In this document: positions 50,430 to 63,810 of the stretch, one piece after another
How positions within the stretch are numbered: position 1 is the first letter of the stretch
Layout: each line of letters begins with the position of its first letter
Assembly: GCF_009914755.1 (NCBI RefSeq)
Contig: NC_060930.1
DNA length: 64,000 nt
Reading direction: 5' to 3' (one strand)
DNA from: the human T2T-CHM13v2.0 reference genome, Homo sapiens
Position numbers and translations under genes: made by a program
Notes under the pieces: model-generated
The model's database searches: none
What the model saw: only the letters and a program-made list of their open reading frames with translations
Told to the model about the DNA's origin: nothing

Positions 50430-51198
50430 AGCACTTTGGTAAATATTCTTAACAGACATCCATCCAATGCCATAATTATTGAAGAAACTGCAGTGCAGAG
50501 AATGACTTGGCCAAGATGAGAGAGCTAGTTTAGTTAGAAATAAACCTAGAACCAAGTCTACTGGCTGACACCCCCGCTCTCTTTCAACTGCATCATCAAT
50601 TCTCATGTTGGAGTGCATAAGAGTCACCTATGGAATATGGTTCCAAGGTCGACACAAGCCCACACTAAGGGAGTGAGGGTCCTTAGGTCTCACATGGACT
50701 CTACCAATCTGTATTTTTAATGAGTTCTCTAGGTGATCATGATGCAGGTTGCCTGAGCATGATTCTTTGAGAAAAGCTATATTACTTCATGCAGTAGCTT
50801 CCTATTTATTTTTATAGAAAGATTTCTGGACTCTTAACTGAGACATTATCCAAATGTCTAATCAAGGGCTCACCAAGTTGAATGGGCTAATATAAGAGTT
50901 AGTCTCCTCCCTGTTCCTCTACACCCAGACTATTTAGGCTTATTTATGGGTAGAAGAATTGGTTAACAACAATAAGAAAAAGCCTAAATTTCACCTGTGT
51001 TCAATTCCGACCTACATACTCACCCACAGCCTCTTCCTAGTAGGACAAGATCTAGCCAACGCCTCCCTTTTCTCATTGGTCTCTCTGAAAACTTTAAACC
51101 TTCAAGAAAAATTACAAATATTTTCTTTCTACAGAGCGTTCTCATTTCTAAATCAATCTAAGCACTTTGGTAAATATTCTTAACAGACATCCATCCAA
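50430..51198. repeat. Dispersed identical 38-bp direct repeat (50430-50467 and 51161-51198)
   Basis: agcactttggtaaatattcttaacagacatccatccaa at both sites. Confidence 0.95.
50590..50778. mobile_element. MER5-type DNA transposon
   Basis: 'gtgcataagagtcacct', 'aatctgtatttttaatgagttctctaggtgatcatgatgcagg' and 'ctttgagaaa'. Confidence 0.7.
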
Positions 51199-53809
51199 GG
51201 TTCCTCTTATCAGGGTCATAAAAAAGTGCAGATGACGAAACAGAGAAATTGGATTAAATTACAGGAATGGACTCAATGGAGTCACAATTGGAGGTTTTGT
51301 CGATTCTGGAGGCCCTGCTACTTTCCTGCCGCATTATCTCTCCCATAAAGTACCAGGAAAGAATTAACTAAATCATAAAAACCATTATGTTCTTTAGCCA
51401 CTGGCAGACTTTCTTCCACTAGAATTGAACTCCCAGATATGAGGCAAAGCACAGCTGAATAGGAGCTACCTGAATGTCTGCCCCTTTCTCCCACCCCCAG
51501 CAAGCTGCAGGCGCCAGACAAGACAGATAAAAGTAAAATAGATGCACTTCTTTTTCTTTCTGTGGCAGACAAGGAGCTGTGGCTAGCCTCTCCATTAAAA
51601 GTCAGAGAAAAGGTAGATTCGTCCTATTTGATTAAGACTGTCACCGTCCACAGTCGTTGCAATTAGTCCATGCCAGCCTTATTCAGACCTTGGATTCTTT
51701 TCAGAAGTGAAAAAGGGAACACTCAAGGTCTATTGAATCGGAGCGTGGCATCTGCCTCACACCGAGGGGAGAGGTCGGGGTCACTGCTTGATTTTGATAA
51801 AGCGTGCCAGATTAATTGTCTTCGGTAATCCTGTTTGTCATGGTAGATATGCAGAAGAGTCTTTGTGGCACAGGCTGACATATGGGCCGGCCTGCTGCTT
51901 GCCTATTCAGGGTTCCCAACACATGCTCTCTGCAGTTGGACTGGTTCCCAGAACCTTGTTCGCCAGAAGAGGCCTCCTGCTCCTATTAAGCAGGCCCCAT
52001 CTCCACCACCAGACTTCCTAATCTTCAAGCCTGCCTGGGCTATTGAAAGAGACTGCATTATTCAAAAGAGGCCTAAAGAGAAAAGGGGAGAGAAGGGGGC
52101 TGGGGAGGAAAGAGAGAAGGGGAGCAAGGGGGAGGGAGAAATGCAGGCACCAGAGATAGGAGTGAAAGACTCTCCAGACTGGGGAAGGGGGTGGGGACAG
52201 AAAAACATAATTACAAAAAATAGCAGCCATGTCCTTCAGGCAGAGCACTTCAGGAGGCTGATTATAGCTCCTCTCCAAATCCGAATCTATCACCAAATTA
52301 TACCCTGCCTCTTTTGTAAAATAAATGTTAATAAGAGGTAATTTGGGCCCTGCTGATTGTTAAACTCAACGGAGATAGAATTTTTTTTCTTCCTCTGTGT
52401 GTGTTTATTGTAATATCTGGAGGGCTTTTTTTTTTCTCTTCTTCCAACAAGAATTTATATTCAACCACAAAAGAGGAAACAAACATTCATTGGCCTGACA
52501 CAACTGCCAGAAAACCGAGAATGGTTTGAGTTTTACAATAAAGAGTGAATGTATAGACTGGTAACTGGCCCTTAACTCCACTACAACTTTGCAGTTGGTG
52601 TTCTCTGGAAGGAATATCCCCTAGAACTGAGAAGAGAGTGGCGCTCCAGGAAGAAGGAGGCTGCCAGGGGGAGGAGTGATCCTTGCTCTAAATAGCTTTG
52701 CCTTTCTTTGGTTAAAAGCAGGACTTTTTTTTTCATTTACATAATCATTATTTTGAGTTGCTGCCAATTCTTTTGGGGGCTTTTACATTTAAAAGCACAA
52801 AAAATAGAGAATCCTGTGACAGATCTTTTGAAAATGTTCTTACAATGTGTATTTACGAACAGATCCAGAAATGGAGCAATTAGAAACAATGAATGATAAT
52901 CTTCTAGGCAGACAAAAGCATGGATGTATTAAAATATAAATCCTTGATCATAACAGCCCTGAAGCAGTCCTTCATGTATCTTTACTGTGTGCTCCTCACA
53001 GCCACAGGGCAGAGATCGGGTGTCCGACTGGGCCCAGGCGCTGTGGCCGTCAAGGTCAGTAATGTCTGACCACAGAGGGCTTGGTCTCCAGTTGTTTTTG
53101 TTTCTTACACAAATGCTTTGAACATGATTTATTCTGATAATTGTATAATAAGAAACAACATCATTATCTATCATTAGTTTCAAGGAGGACATAACAGATT
53201 TTCAAAATTAAAACTAAAAACTGAACTAAGAAGACATCATTCAATTATTTCTTTATTCTAGATATTAAAATGAAAAGCTTGTGTTTTGGGTTTTGGTTTT
53301 GTCACCCTCCTCAAATAGGTAACTACAATATACTTTTTGGTTTGGGGGGATATATATTTCCACATTTATTTCCTACAATGAAACAGTCACTGGGCTCAGA
53401 GCTGGGCGTGTCACAGGGATAGCAAAAAAGAGTCCCTGTGTTTGCAGAGTTTATGTTCTGTGAGGGTTCACTCTTGTTTCATCAGTGCATAAAACAGTGC
53501 CAGGCATATTCTGTTAACTCATTAAATTTTATTCATTCAAAAATTTTTAAAAAATAAATAAATAACAAAAACCAAACCAAAGCAAAAAAAACTTGACATA
53601 TCTAAGGTAAGCAACTTGGCTTAACTTATGCATTACATTATAAAGAACCCGAAGAAGCAGAAAGGGAAGAAGAAAAAGAGTAGAACAAAGAGAAATAAAT
53701 TAACATTTTTGAGTACATAGTCTATGCTAGGTATGTGCCATGTGCTTTAAAAGCATTATCTCCTGTAATCTTTAAAAGAGCCTTGTGGAAGGGGAGAGGA
53801 GACATTCTG

Positions 53810-54140
53810 CTAGTGCCCTCTGGTGCCTTCGTATTAGTTGTATGATTAAAGTCACCTGATTACTCCTTAAAATTGGTTGTAGCTGATGGCCAAGCATGGT
53901 TCACTTCTGCGGGTGAGGCCAGGGCCTTAGTAGTGTTTAAGGCTTCCCAGGTGATTCTAATGAGCATCCAAGAATGAGAATCACTGATTTTAACTTGTGT
54001 TTCTCAAATGTTATTCATACCCACCTGGGAACATTGTTAGGTTGATTTTTGGCGGGTCCTAGGATTCTATAGTTCTAACAAGTGCCCAGGTGATGCTGAT
54101 ATTGGCTGGTTTCTGAACCTCCTTTTGAGTTGCAAGGCTT
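53810..54140. mobile_element. Two adjacent MER5 (B/A-type) elements inside a MIR
   Basis: 'gcttcccaggtgattctaatgagcatccaagaatgagaatcactg' and 'ttctaacaagtgcccaggtgatgctgat'; MIR pieces at ~53700-53790 and 54140-54230. Confidence 0.65.
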
Positions 54141-54512
54141 TAAAGAGATTGGGCAATCTGCCCAATGGCTGGCCCGAATTTCAAACCCTGGCTTTCCCAA
54201 CTGAAGATCCTGAGCTCTCGAGTTCTGTGATTTCACTGTGTCTCCTACAGATTTAAATCAAGCATTATGAAGCACCGTGTGATAGGGAGAACATTCATCT
54301 GCAGGTCAGGAAGTCTGGAGCTTCATTATAGTTCTACTGCCCCTAACTTTGGGTCTTGCCTCCCTGAGTTTCAGGTTTTTTCTCTCTAACATATAGGGTT
54401 TGGAATTGATTGTAGTTGCTGTCCTTGGATTCTCCACATCACCAGTTAAATGGTGTGTCTGAGATCAGACCTTTCCTATAGGGAAAAATGTCACTTTAGG
54501 CAAAGCCAGTAA

Positions 54513-54720
54513 CCTTCCTTCCTCCCTTCCTTCCTTCCAGCCACTCATGCTGTGGGTTGTCCATAGACAGACTGGTCAGGAGGATGGAGAACTGTCGCTT
54601 TATGCCTTTCTGCCTGCCTGCCTCCCTCCCTCCCTCCCTTCCTCCCTTCTTCCCTTCCTTCGAGTGTATGTGTTTCATTATCTGTTTGCTAAGGTGTGAA
54701 AGAAAGAAAGAAAGAAAGAT
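54513..54720. repeat. (CCTT)n/(CCCT)n polypyrimidine tract followed by (GAAA)n
   Basis: Directly visible; interrupted by a unique 57-bp segment at 54539-54595. Confidence 0.85.
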
Positions 54721-56048
54721 AAATAGAGGAAGCATTGGTGCTATTGAAAAGGGTCCTGTTGGATATCATCTCCAGAACAATCCCATATATCTCTTCCTTC
54801 CCTTTTCCGTATTTTTTATACTACTGCTACTACTTGGGCATTTATTCATCAAAGGAAACAGATTCAAGGGGAAATCACTGAGGATATTATTTACACTTTA
54901 ACATGATATGTGCTTCCAGAATGCTTTGAGGCAATTTGGATAGGGGTTGGAGAAAGGACGAACATACAAATCAGGGCACTACGAAGCAAGAGGTACAATA
55001 CCTAGATGGCTGAAGCACATAGAAAACTGATTCAGGAAGAGATAAATAGCATACCTTACTGTCCTTCCAGGTGGGATTTCTGGGGAGATCTGTTTCAGAG
55101 TCTTACAGCTTTTCAGAGATTGGCACTGGGAGATTTCCCCTGAAGAGAATGGAAAACGACCAACATTTAACTAGCATCTTCTTCCGTCACGTTGGGATGC
55201 CCTGAGCCAAACCCCTTTAAACCTGCGTGATTAGGCTCGGTGGGAGCCAGGTGCACTCCTCTGTTCATCAGGAGAACAGAGGCAAATCCTGCCCATCTTC
55301 CTCGCATCCATTGTATGCAATTACAACACAAAAGCATACCTGTGAATTCCTAAAATAAGTTGGTGTAGGACCCTTGTCTTCTATACCTGGGCTGTAGGAA
55401 TGAGGTAGAAACTAGGCTTTGTATATTTCAAGAGAACCATAGACCCAAGTAAGCAACAGTGTCTTTGTTTTATTACTTCTAAATTTACTTTTATTTGACT
55501 TATTTATGGCTTCATTTCTTTTCTTTAAATTAGCCAAAAGGCTTCTTTGTGGATTTTCCAGTCAGTTTGACAAGTTCGCCTCAGAAAATGCCTGAAAAAT
55601 AAGTTGTGGTAAAGCAGCAGCCTTCTATCCTAAACACGCCCTGTCAAACAGACATGTATTTAGACCCAGCTTTCACATGTCACTTTATGTCTACTCCAGA
55701 TCAAGTTATAGGCTTGCTCACAATGCTTTTGCCAAATTTTACAAGGTCAAAAATTATGTGATGGGGGAAAAACCGCTCAAGGGAAACAGGAGGAGTAAAT
55801 CATGTTTTATTTAAAGGGTAGCTTTCTTTGAATAAAGCATTATTCCTTTCAAGGCTGTCTCTAATGTTGAAGTTTAAGGAGTCTTGAAGCTTAGAGAAAC
55901 TTTGCTCATCTATTTAGCCCTCCCCAGTGGGTGAAGGACTCTTATGCCGGTTTTAATGCTTTCTGCCAACTCAATAACACTCAGCCCCCTAATAGCCACT
56001 CATGCTGCGGGTTGTCCATAGAGACTGGTCAGGAGGACAGAGAACTGT
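54539..56048. repeat. Dispersed ~55-bp direct repeat (54539-54595 and 55994-56048)
   Basis: agccactcatgctg(t/c)gggttgtccataga(ca)gactggtcaggagga(tg/ca)gagaactgt; 3 substitutions and a 2-bp indel. Confidence 0.92.
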
Positions 56049-57499
56049 ATCATTCAGCCAGATTACATATATAAGATTTGTACGATGGATTATCCTGAGA
56101 TAATACTGATAAACAATTATTGCCTCTGCCAAACAATAGCACAAATGGAGACACCACTTGATATCCACCCTCACTCCATGGGATTATTTAAAAGCAGGTT
56201 AAGGAAAGAAGTCTTTCTTCTGTCTGTGATGTACATCTCGCTCTAGGGAAAAGACAATGAATCATGTTTAACTATTTTAAAATCTTCTAGGTCTGGGCCT
56301 GCCCACCAGCAGTTTCCCAATATGCTTTCACAGTAATCTAGCCTCTTGGAAATGTAAGGACTCTAGAAAGATAAAAAGTAATGGTTTGCCTTATTCTGCT
56401 GTGCAACTTTTTTTATCAGGTCTGGAGGTTTCGGGCATTTTTGAGTTATTTAATCCGAGTATGGACTCTTTGCTTCCTATTTTCATTTGTTGCCCTACCT
56501 ATCCCAAGATCCCTTAGCCATTATCATTAAAACAAATAGTAGAGAATATTATGAGGGGTTATTACCTGCTCAGTTTAATTTCTCACTTTATACCAACTCC
56601 AAATTTCACAGGTAGATGCTACCATTTCCTCCACTTCTAGAGGAAGATATTGAGGTTTAGAACAACTTGTTCACGGTCCCACAAGCTACTCTATGGTATT
56701 CAGATTTCAAGTCTATTCTTTACCATGGTATAGCTGAGACACAAAGAATCAAATAAGCACTAATAGGACACTTGCAAATATAATGCAAGACACTGGGCAT
56801 ATATAGATACTTAAAATATATATTTAGTCTCTGCCCTCAAAATGCTAGACTCAAAATAGAGCAATATGATAGAAAAATAAAATCTCAAATAATACTACAA
56901 AAATTCATTTTAAAATAGGGAAATAAAAGATATTCCCTAAATCACAAGGACATTCTGATAAAATGTCAATAAATGATGTGTCTAAGTACTATCAATTAAG
57001 GGAAATAATTTAGAATCTAGGAGCAGAGATAACAGGAACATTGGAGATTCCATTTTGTTGAGTTGAAGGTTCACATTACTCTGTTTATTTTTTCATATAA
57101 ATATTTAAATATATTGTATCTTTTTTTTTAATTGATCTGGGTATATAGGCTTCTCTGAAGCACTAAAAGCTAAGCTGCTAAGTGAATACCTTGCTAACGG
57201 AATTTCCAATGATATAGGCAACTTGTTCTTCTGGGGTAACTGAGTAGAGTCTGATGTGCCAGGTTGTTTGTATAATAGAGTACTGGAGTTTTAGAATTGA
57301 TTATGAAAAAATACCTAGCACTTGAGATTACGAAAAGGTAGTAATAAACAATATACAATTGGTTTATATGGACTGTGTTACAAGGCATAATTCTAAGAGA
57401 CTCACGTGTTTCCATCCACTTAAATCCCGTAAGAACTCTTATGATACATAATTCTGGCTGGATTGACTGGGCATTCACCAAAATTGATTTCTTTTCATC

Positions 57500-57677
57500 C
57501 GTGTATATCACAGCCTATCTTGTAATTACCTATGGCTTTTTGACTGACTTTTGACTAATGTAATGTGGATAGATGTGCATCACCTATTTTCAGTCCAGGC
57601 CCAGTTACACTTTTCATGCACACTCTGCCAAGCTCTTTCCTATTTCCATCTGGCTGAAATCCAGATGGTTCCCCCCA

Positions 57678-57724
<47 letters not shown>

Positions 57725-57900
57725 ATGGTGTCTTTGGAATGGACATACCGAAGAAGATGGAGCCACAAGATAGAAGGAGCCCACTTGAAGGAGAGCCATT
57801 CAACCTGGAACATACCTTAGAATATAGGGAAATTAAAAAGATTTTTATTTGGTTTAGCCACTGACATTTTGAGATTTACCTCTCATGACACCAAGCCTAC
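57500..57900 (+). mobile_element. Old MaLR LTR (MLT1-type) containing (CA)n at ~57676-57724
   Basis: 'cagcctatcttgtaatta', 'gactaatgtaatgtggatagatgtg', 'gatggagccacaagatagaaggagcc' and 'agccactgacattttgag'. Confidence 0.65.
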
Positions 57901-57914
57901 CTTACAACATACAT

Positions 57915-58060
57915 TGTTATTATTATTTCTCCCATTTTACAGATGAGAAACTGAGGCTCAGAAAGATTAGGTAACTTGCTTAGATTCTCTTGGGGAAACC
58001 AAGATTGTAACCCAGGCAATCTGACTCCATACCCTAAATACTTACCCATTATACTAAACT
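57915..58060 (-). mobile_element. MIR SINE
   Basis: 'tattatttctcccattttacagatgagaaactgaggctcagaaagattaggtaacttgc' is the canonical MIR core. Confidence 0.9.
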
Positions 58061-59289
58061 GCAACGTAACTAATTATGTTCTTCTTAGATTTGACATTAG
58101 TTTCACTTCTGGCTAAAACTAAGTTGGTAATGATAGTGTACAAAATATTCCCTACTATATTTTTAGAATAAACAAGCTTCCTTGAGCCAAAGAAAATTTC
58201 AAGCATCAGTTAGGAGTTACAAAAAGGATGCTAATTTTCATTTTTATAACTTTGTCTCTGTAGAGTACTCTGTAGTGCTGAATGTTTGTACTAGTTTTAG
58301 GTTTGGGAGCATGTCCTAATATTCAGTCTTATCAACTAAAGGCTGGAGCTTGACATTAGTTTCAAGTAAATGCAATGTTAGCATTCCCCATGAATAGTCA
58401 ACTCTACTGTTGAGAAAGCTGTATACATTTTGTGAGTTAGAACAGGAAAAAAAAAAAGTGAACCAACCAATATACCAGCCAACAAAGAAAAAAGTTACAA
58501 AAATTCATGAAGATGTCATTTTTGTCCTTATTCTGAGGTTCGGTAGTTTTGAAGGGGACGTTCTACTTCTAAAAATAAACACATTGGAGTAGGTTTCTAA
58601 ACTGTGGTAATAAAGATAACATAGGTGGGATTGCATGTCAAGGTGGAAGGCCAGAGAGTACTGGGGTAGAGATATTAAACTAGTCGTGTAATTTCAAACT
58701 TCTTGGTCTTGGCTAGGGAAGATTATCGCATGCCAAACTCTCCACAAACATAAGGGCATTCCCTCGTGCCTCTCCCTCACCCAAACTACTTCTCAATCTC
58801 TGCAGTTTATTTTATTTATTTTTCTACAATGGTATTTTCCCTGCCATATTATAAAAGTCCCTTGATGACTGGGGAACTGCTTTTTTATCTCTTACATTGT
58901 CTGATGTGGTTTCTTTGCTCAGAATAAGCTGCTCAATACGCATCTCCTAAATCAATGAATATCTTAATGGTCTCTAATGTGAGATAGGATTTAATTCACT
59001 GCTTGAGTCCCTCACCATAGATAGCACAGATAGCTAAAATATTTTAGAAATCTACTTTGGTAAGCTAAATATTAATCACTGCTTCCCATATAGCTGATTC
59101 TATGCCTAGAGTTTCATTTTAAGTCCATAAGGCATACTGATTATTCAAGGCATGCAAAAAAAAAAAAAAAAAAACCCCAAAAGCCTATACCTTTTAACCA
59201 TTAAGGTTTCAAATTACTACAGAACAAAATGAAAGGTTGGAAAGGTTGGTACACCATCTCTGAAAGTAAAAGCTAATATAAAATAATTA

Positions 59290-59495
59290 ACAAAAAAATA
59301 CAAATGCATGCAAAACTGGTTAAATCCAAGTAATAGTTGTAGACTAGTTAATTGTGCTGTGTCAATCAATTTCTTGGTTTGATAATACGCTTTAGTTATG
59401 CATGTTACCATTGAGGGGAAGCTGGGTGACAGGCACAAGGGACTTCTCTGCAACGTTTTTGCAACTTCTTGTGAATCATTTCAAAATAGAAAGTT
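59290..59495 (+). mobile_element. L1MC/ME-type 3' end
   Basis: 'atgttaccattgaggggaagctgggtga' and 'ttttgcaacttcttgtgaatc..ttcaaaatagaaagtt'. Confidence 0.75.
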
Positions 59496-61510
59496 GCAAA
59501 AAGTAGGATACAACTCTTATAGTGATAGAAGAAGCCATGAGAAAATATGAGTACCTTTTAAATTTGCAATATTCATTTTGTTAACAAAGGATATTTGGGA
59601 AGTTTTGCATTGGGAATCAATATTAAAGCCTCTTATATTTCTGGCTAATTTAGTTCAGTCTAGCCATTCTTTTAAATAATACAGAGTGCCAGGAATTATA
59701 AGAAAATATATTTTAATAAGTACTGTTTGTTTTTGACTGCCAAATATGGTATTTATGTAAGAATAATTCATTTCTTCAGATTTTATGCAAACTATGTTGA
59801 TTTTATAGCTTTCAAACTCATTTAATACTGAGAAATTTGATATTGTTTTTATTGTATTGATGGCAGAGTTTACTGCTCAATGTTTTAAATATGTTCGCAC
59901 TGATTAAGGTATTAGAGATTCCTGCCATCCCAATGGTAATGTTAGAATCTTTTGTTTGTAATACAATTCATTGAAACGGTATTATACAAAGAGGTTAAAT
60001 TAATCAAGTAAAATCTTTCATACAAACACACATACACATAGACATACATATACTCACATGCTCACAAATACAAATATCTCAATAACTTAGATGCATCCAA
60101 TCAGGAAAAGCAACTTCTATTTCATTCTAGAATTCTCAAATAAGCTATTTTATCTTTTTGCTTATAATTTCGTTTGCTTAGATATATCCAGGCCACATTT
60201 TTACAAACTTTAGTGAAATTCTGAGGACCATATTAAATAGGATGTCCTTCCATAACTAGATTTTAAAGATAGAAGAGACTTCAGAAATAATAAAATCTAA
60301 CTGGCTCATTTTATAGAATGAGACAGAGGGTCAGCCATGCCAAGTGGTTTAGCTGCATGGTGTGGATTAAAAAACAGCCTTCTGATTTTCAGAATAGTGT
60401 ACATTTCACTGTCTGATATTTCCTCATGAGAGACAACGTAGAAAATTCCAAATCTTAGAGATGAAAAGTTCTCTTACAGATGATTCTTCACATTAATTCT
60501 GTATATGAGTGGCCCAGTGTTGATATTTATTAACATTGATACATGTTGTGTCTCACTTCTTCCTTTTCTGATTAATCAGACTACAGGAAAAAAAAAAAAA
60601 AGGAAAATACCTAGGACTTGCTTAGTCTAGAAATGTAGCAAGAAGAAGAGACTTGAGAATTATGTCAAGGTGCTTTTCTCCCCAGTGTCATTGTTCTGTC
60701 TTGATGTGGAGAATTGCTCTGTCAAAAAGAATCTTAATGTAATTGTCAGGCCAGAAAACTGCAACAGGCATGTGTTGGCTTTCTGTGATTGGTGAGCTAT
60801 CTATCGTTTTTATACTTCAAAACTAATTGGCATCTTATGTAATTATTTTATTTGAAATGAGTTATTTATTTATTTATTTTGGAGTCCTTTCTGGATGGCA
60901 TTTCATATGCATTCAGTTTTGAAAAAGGAGAATTATAAACCTTTTTTAGTCTATAAATATCTGTACTGTTATTCTGAGCCTTGTTTCGTGACCATCCTCC
61001 TTTCCTATATTCTTTATCAGACACCATTATCCTCTGTCATAAAAATTTCCTCATTATATACAATTTCCTTTATATTCGAGGAGGCAACTTTGGCCCTTGC
61101 TAAGATTTAAGGGGCATTTTAGTTTTACCTACAACATGTTTTTCAAATTGTTTCTTAGCTTATTTGTTAGTCTTGTTTTTTGGTAACATTTAAATAAATA
61201 GTTATTCTAGTTTAATATGATGATTTTATGGGGCTGACTTTTGTCAGGTAATCTAATCCTTTTTCCTTACACAAAGGAATTACATTTTACTTGGATACTT
61301 TGCACTTGCCAGCATTAGTTAGAAACGAGAATATTATTTTTAATGTACTAAAGAAATGAGAAGAGGCCTCAGTGGCTACTTCCTCTTCCAGATAAAAATT
61401 CCCAAACCAGGATTTCACAAAGATGATTTCCATGTAAAAATTAAAGAACCTTACTGTGAAGTAAATAATAATGAGGGTATGGGGGCAGGGGAGGGACATG
61501 ACATCTGGGC

Positions 61511-61774
61511 TTTTTTTTTTTTTTTTTTTGAGATGGAGTCTCGCTCTGTCGCCCAGGCTGGAGTGCAGTGGCCCGATCTCAGCTTACTGAAACCTCTGCC
61601 TCCTGGGTTCACGCCATTCTCCTGACTCAGCCTCCCAAGTAGCTGGGACTACAGGCGCCCGCCACCATGCCCACCTAATTTTTTTGTATTTTTAGCAGAG
61701 ACATGGTTTCACCGTGTTAGCCAGGATGGTCTCGATCTCCTGACCTTGTGATCTGCCTGCCTCAGCCTTCCAAA
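61511..61774 (-). mobile_element. AluY, 5'-truncated
   Basis: AluY diagnostics 'gggttcacgccattctcc' and 'accgtgttagccaggatggtctcgatc'; ends at 'ccttccaaa'; TSD gacatctgggc (61500-61510 and 61775-61785). Confidence 0.95.
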
Positions 61775-62544
61775 GACATCTGGGCCTTTTGAAGATGAAT
61801 TAACCTCACACTCTTCCAAGTAATAAACAAAGTCATTAGGTAAGTTTTCATTTGTCCCTGGATCCACAGAAGTTCCAGAATATGTTAGACAGTTGAAACT
61901 TTAAGCAAGGATAAGAAGCTAGAAACAGCAGCTTAAGAAACAGACAGCAGCTAAGATTTTCGTTGTTGGGAAGCATCTAATTTGATGCAGAAAAGAATTT
62001 GTTTGATGGTTTTCTGGTGGAGAATCAAACAGTTTACTGGAGAATGCTGACTGTCACATAGGGGAATATGTGTTCAATGCTAATGCGTTAATATTTTCAG
62101 AAGTTGTGCATTGCTTGCCACATAAGCTAAAAAAACAAAATTTGTTAAATGAATGTGACAATTTGATATTTATAGACATGATAAGCTCTTACATCATTAG
62201 GGAATATTACAAATATGTCAAGAATACATACATGTACATAAGCTATACACTGCATGCAGAACGTTAGGATGATTTTTGCCTTAAATTGTCAGTATTTGAT
62301 ATTGTTCAACAGGACTTGGCTGATCTGTTCTTCTATTTTTCTTCCTTTTGACTCTCTTTCTCTTTTGATTTGTTTGGGTATTTTTGTTTGACCTTTCTTC
62401 TTTCCCTATCATTTTCTTTGCTGTGTACAGCCTTAAGTTCCAGAAAGAGATACTACGAAAACCATCTGGGCTGTTCTTACCTAGACATCGTGGAAATCAG
62501 GCAGCAGGGATCTGAAAGATAGAACATTGACCCAAGAGAGACAA

Positions 62545-63710
62545 AATCTGAAGTTCTTATTTCTCATACTGTATTTTTTATCTCTTTGGATTATTTTTGA
62601 TAGTTTCCATGTCTCTGCTGAAATTATCACTTTATACAGGTTGTTTACCTTTTTCACATTAGTGTTTCATCATAGTTAATTTAAAGTTCATGTTTGGTAA
62701 TCTCAAAATTCATGCCTTTTCTTATTCAGCTACCATTATTCCCTTTCTTAACTCTTGGTGACTTTTTATTGTTTTCCTTTGTGTATGTTTTTGTTCTTAA
62801 TTGTTTGCTGAACATTTTTATGAAAACATAATAGAAACTGAAGTAATTGATACCTATCTCCAGAAAAAACATGCCCCTTCTGTCAGTTTGCTAGAGTAGG
62901 GGCTGGGTCAATATACTTGGTGGTTGAGGTCTGGGATTTGTTAGAATGCCAGTTTAACTTAGTTCAACATTGTAGTCAAATATCTTGAGGATAGGTTTGA
63001 CCTAGGATTTAAGCCTCATTGAGGTTATGAAGAGCTGCCTGTGGTCCACAGAAGAGCCACTTCCTTTCTAAACTGTGGGTGATCCCTTTCTACATCGCCA
63101 CTTGCTGCCACCATTTTGGATATCTGGGGGGATTTCTTTGCTGCCTAGTACTGTCTGCTGTGTTGAGGGTGATCTCTTTTAGCTCTTCTGAGCCATCCTC
63201 AGCCTTGGACCTCAGCTGTAGTTGCCCTACCATCTGTGAGGCTGGTATTGCCAGGAAAGGGGTATTTCTCATCAACCTCCTTAGCTGAAAGCACAAAGTA
63301 CCTCAAAAGCTTTCTCTCAGCTCTCTTTCCCTGTGCCTATATTGGGTGTGCTGATATTAGCACTCATTAAATATTTGAGACTGCCCAGGAGTCATCTGGG
63401 TTCAAATCTGCCATGTCAGCCCACATATGGCCACTAAAAGTTTAAGTGTTACACTCCTTTCTCCTGAGTCCTGTCCATGGAAACTTTATTCCCACTCCCC
63501 TCCACTTTAGGCAGCAATGAGAGAAGCCTAGAATTTTTTCCACTCTTGTAAAGGCTTTGCCACTTTCTAGAGTTTTAGTTCTTTTATGTTTGTGTGAGTC
63601 CTATTCTGGTAAAGTTTTACAACTATGTTGATGTAACCTATTTGGCTTGTTTTAATTGTAAAGATGAAAGCAACAGTCTTTTGAGATATCAACATCTGAA
63701 ACAGAAGAAT
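62545..63710 (-). mobile_element. Old L1M 5' region (L1MC/ME-like)
   Basis: 'atagtttccatgtctctgctgaaatt' and 'catagttaatttaaagttcatgtttggtaat' are antisense ORF1/5' UTR-like. Confidence 0.55.
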
Positions 63711-63734
63711 GTGTAATGATTTTTAAGTCTTTAT

Positions 63735-63810
63735 AGCAACCTCCAGCACCTAATATGCAATGTTATAAAATAGGCACTCAATAAATGTTTGCTGAATAAA
63801 TATGGATAAG
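63735..63810 (+). mobile_element. L2 3' end
   Basis: 'ccagcacctaa..taggcactcaataaatgtttgctgaataaat'. Confidence 0.75.

Noticed and set aside
51865-52341. 158-aa ORF in the GC-richer block
   Set aside because: Begins at GTG, runs through a purine tract that lacks stops, and has no recognisable domain.
52655-52678. CTCF-like motif ggctgccagggggagg
   Set aside because: Several mismatches to the core consensus; not supportable without ChIP data.
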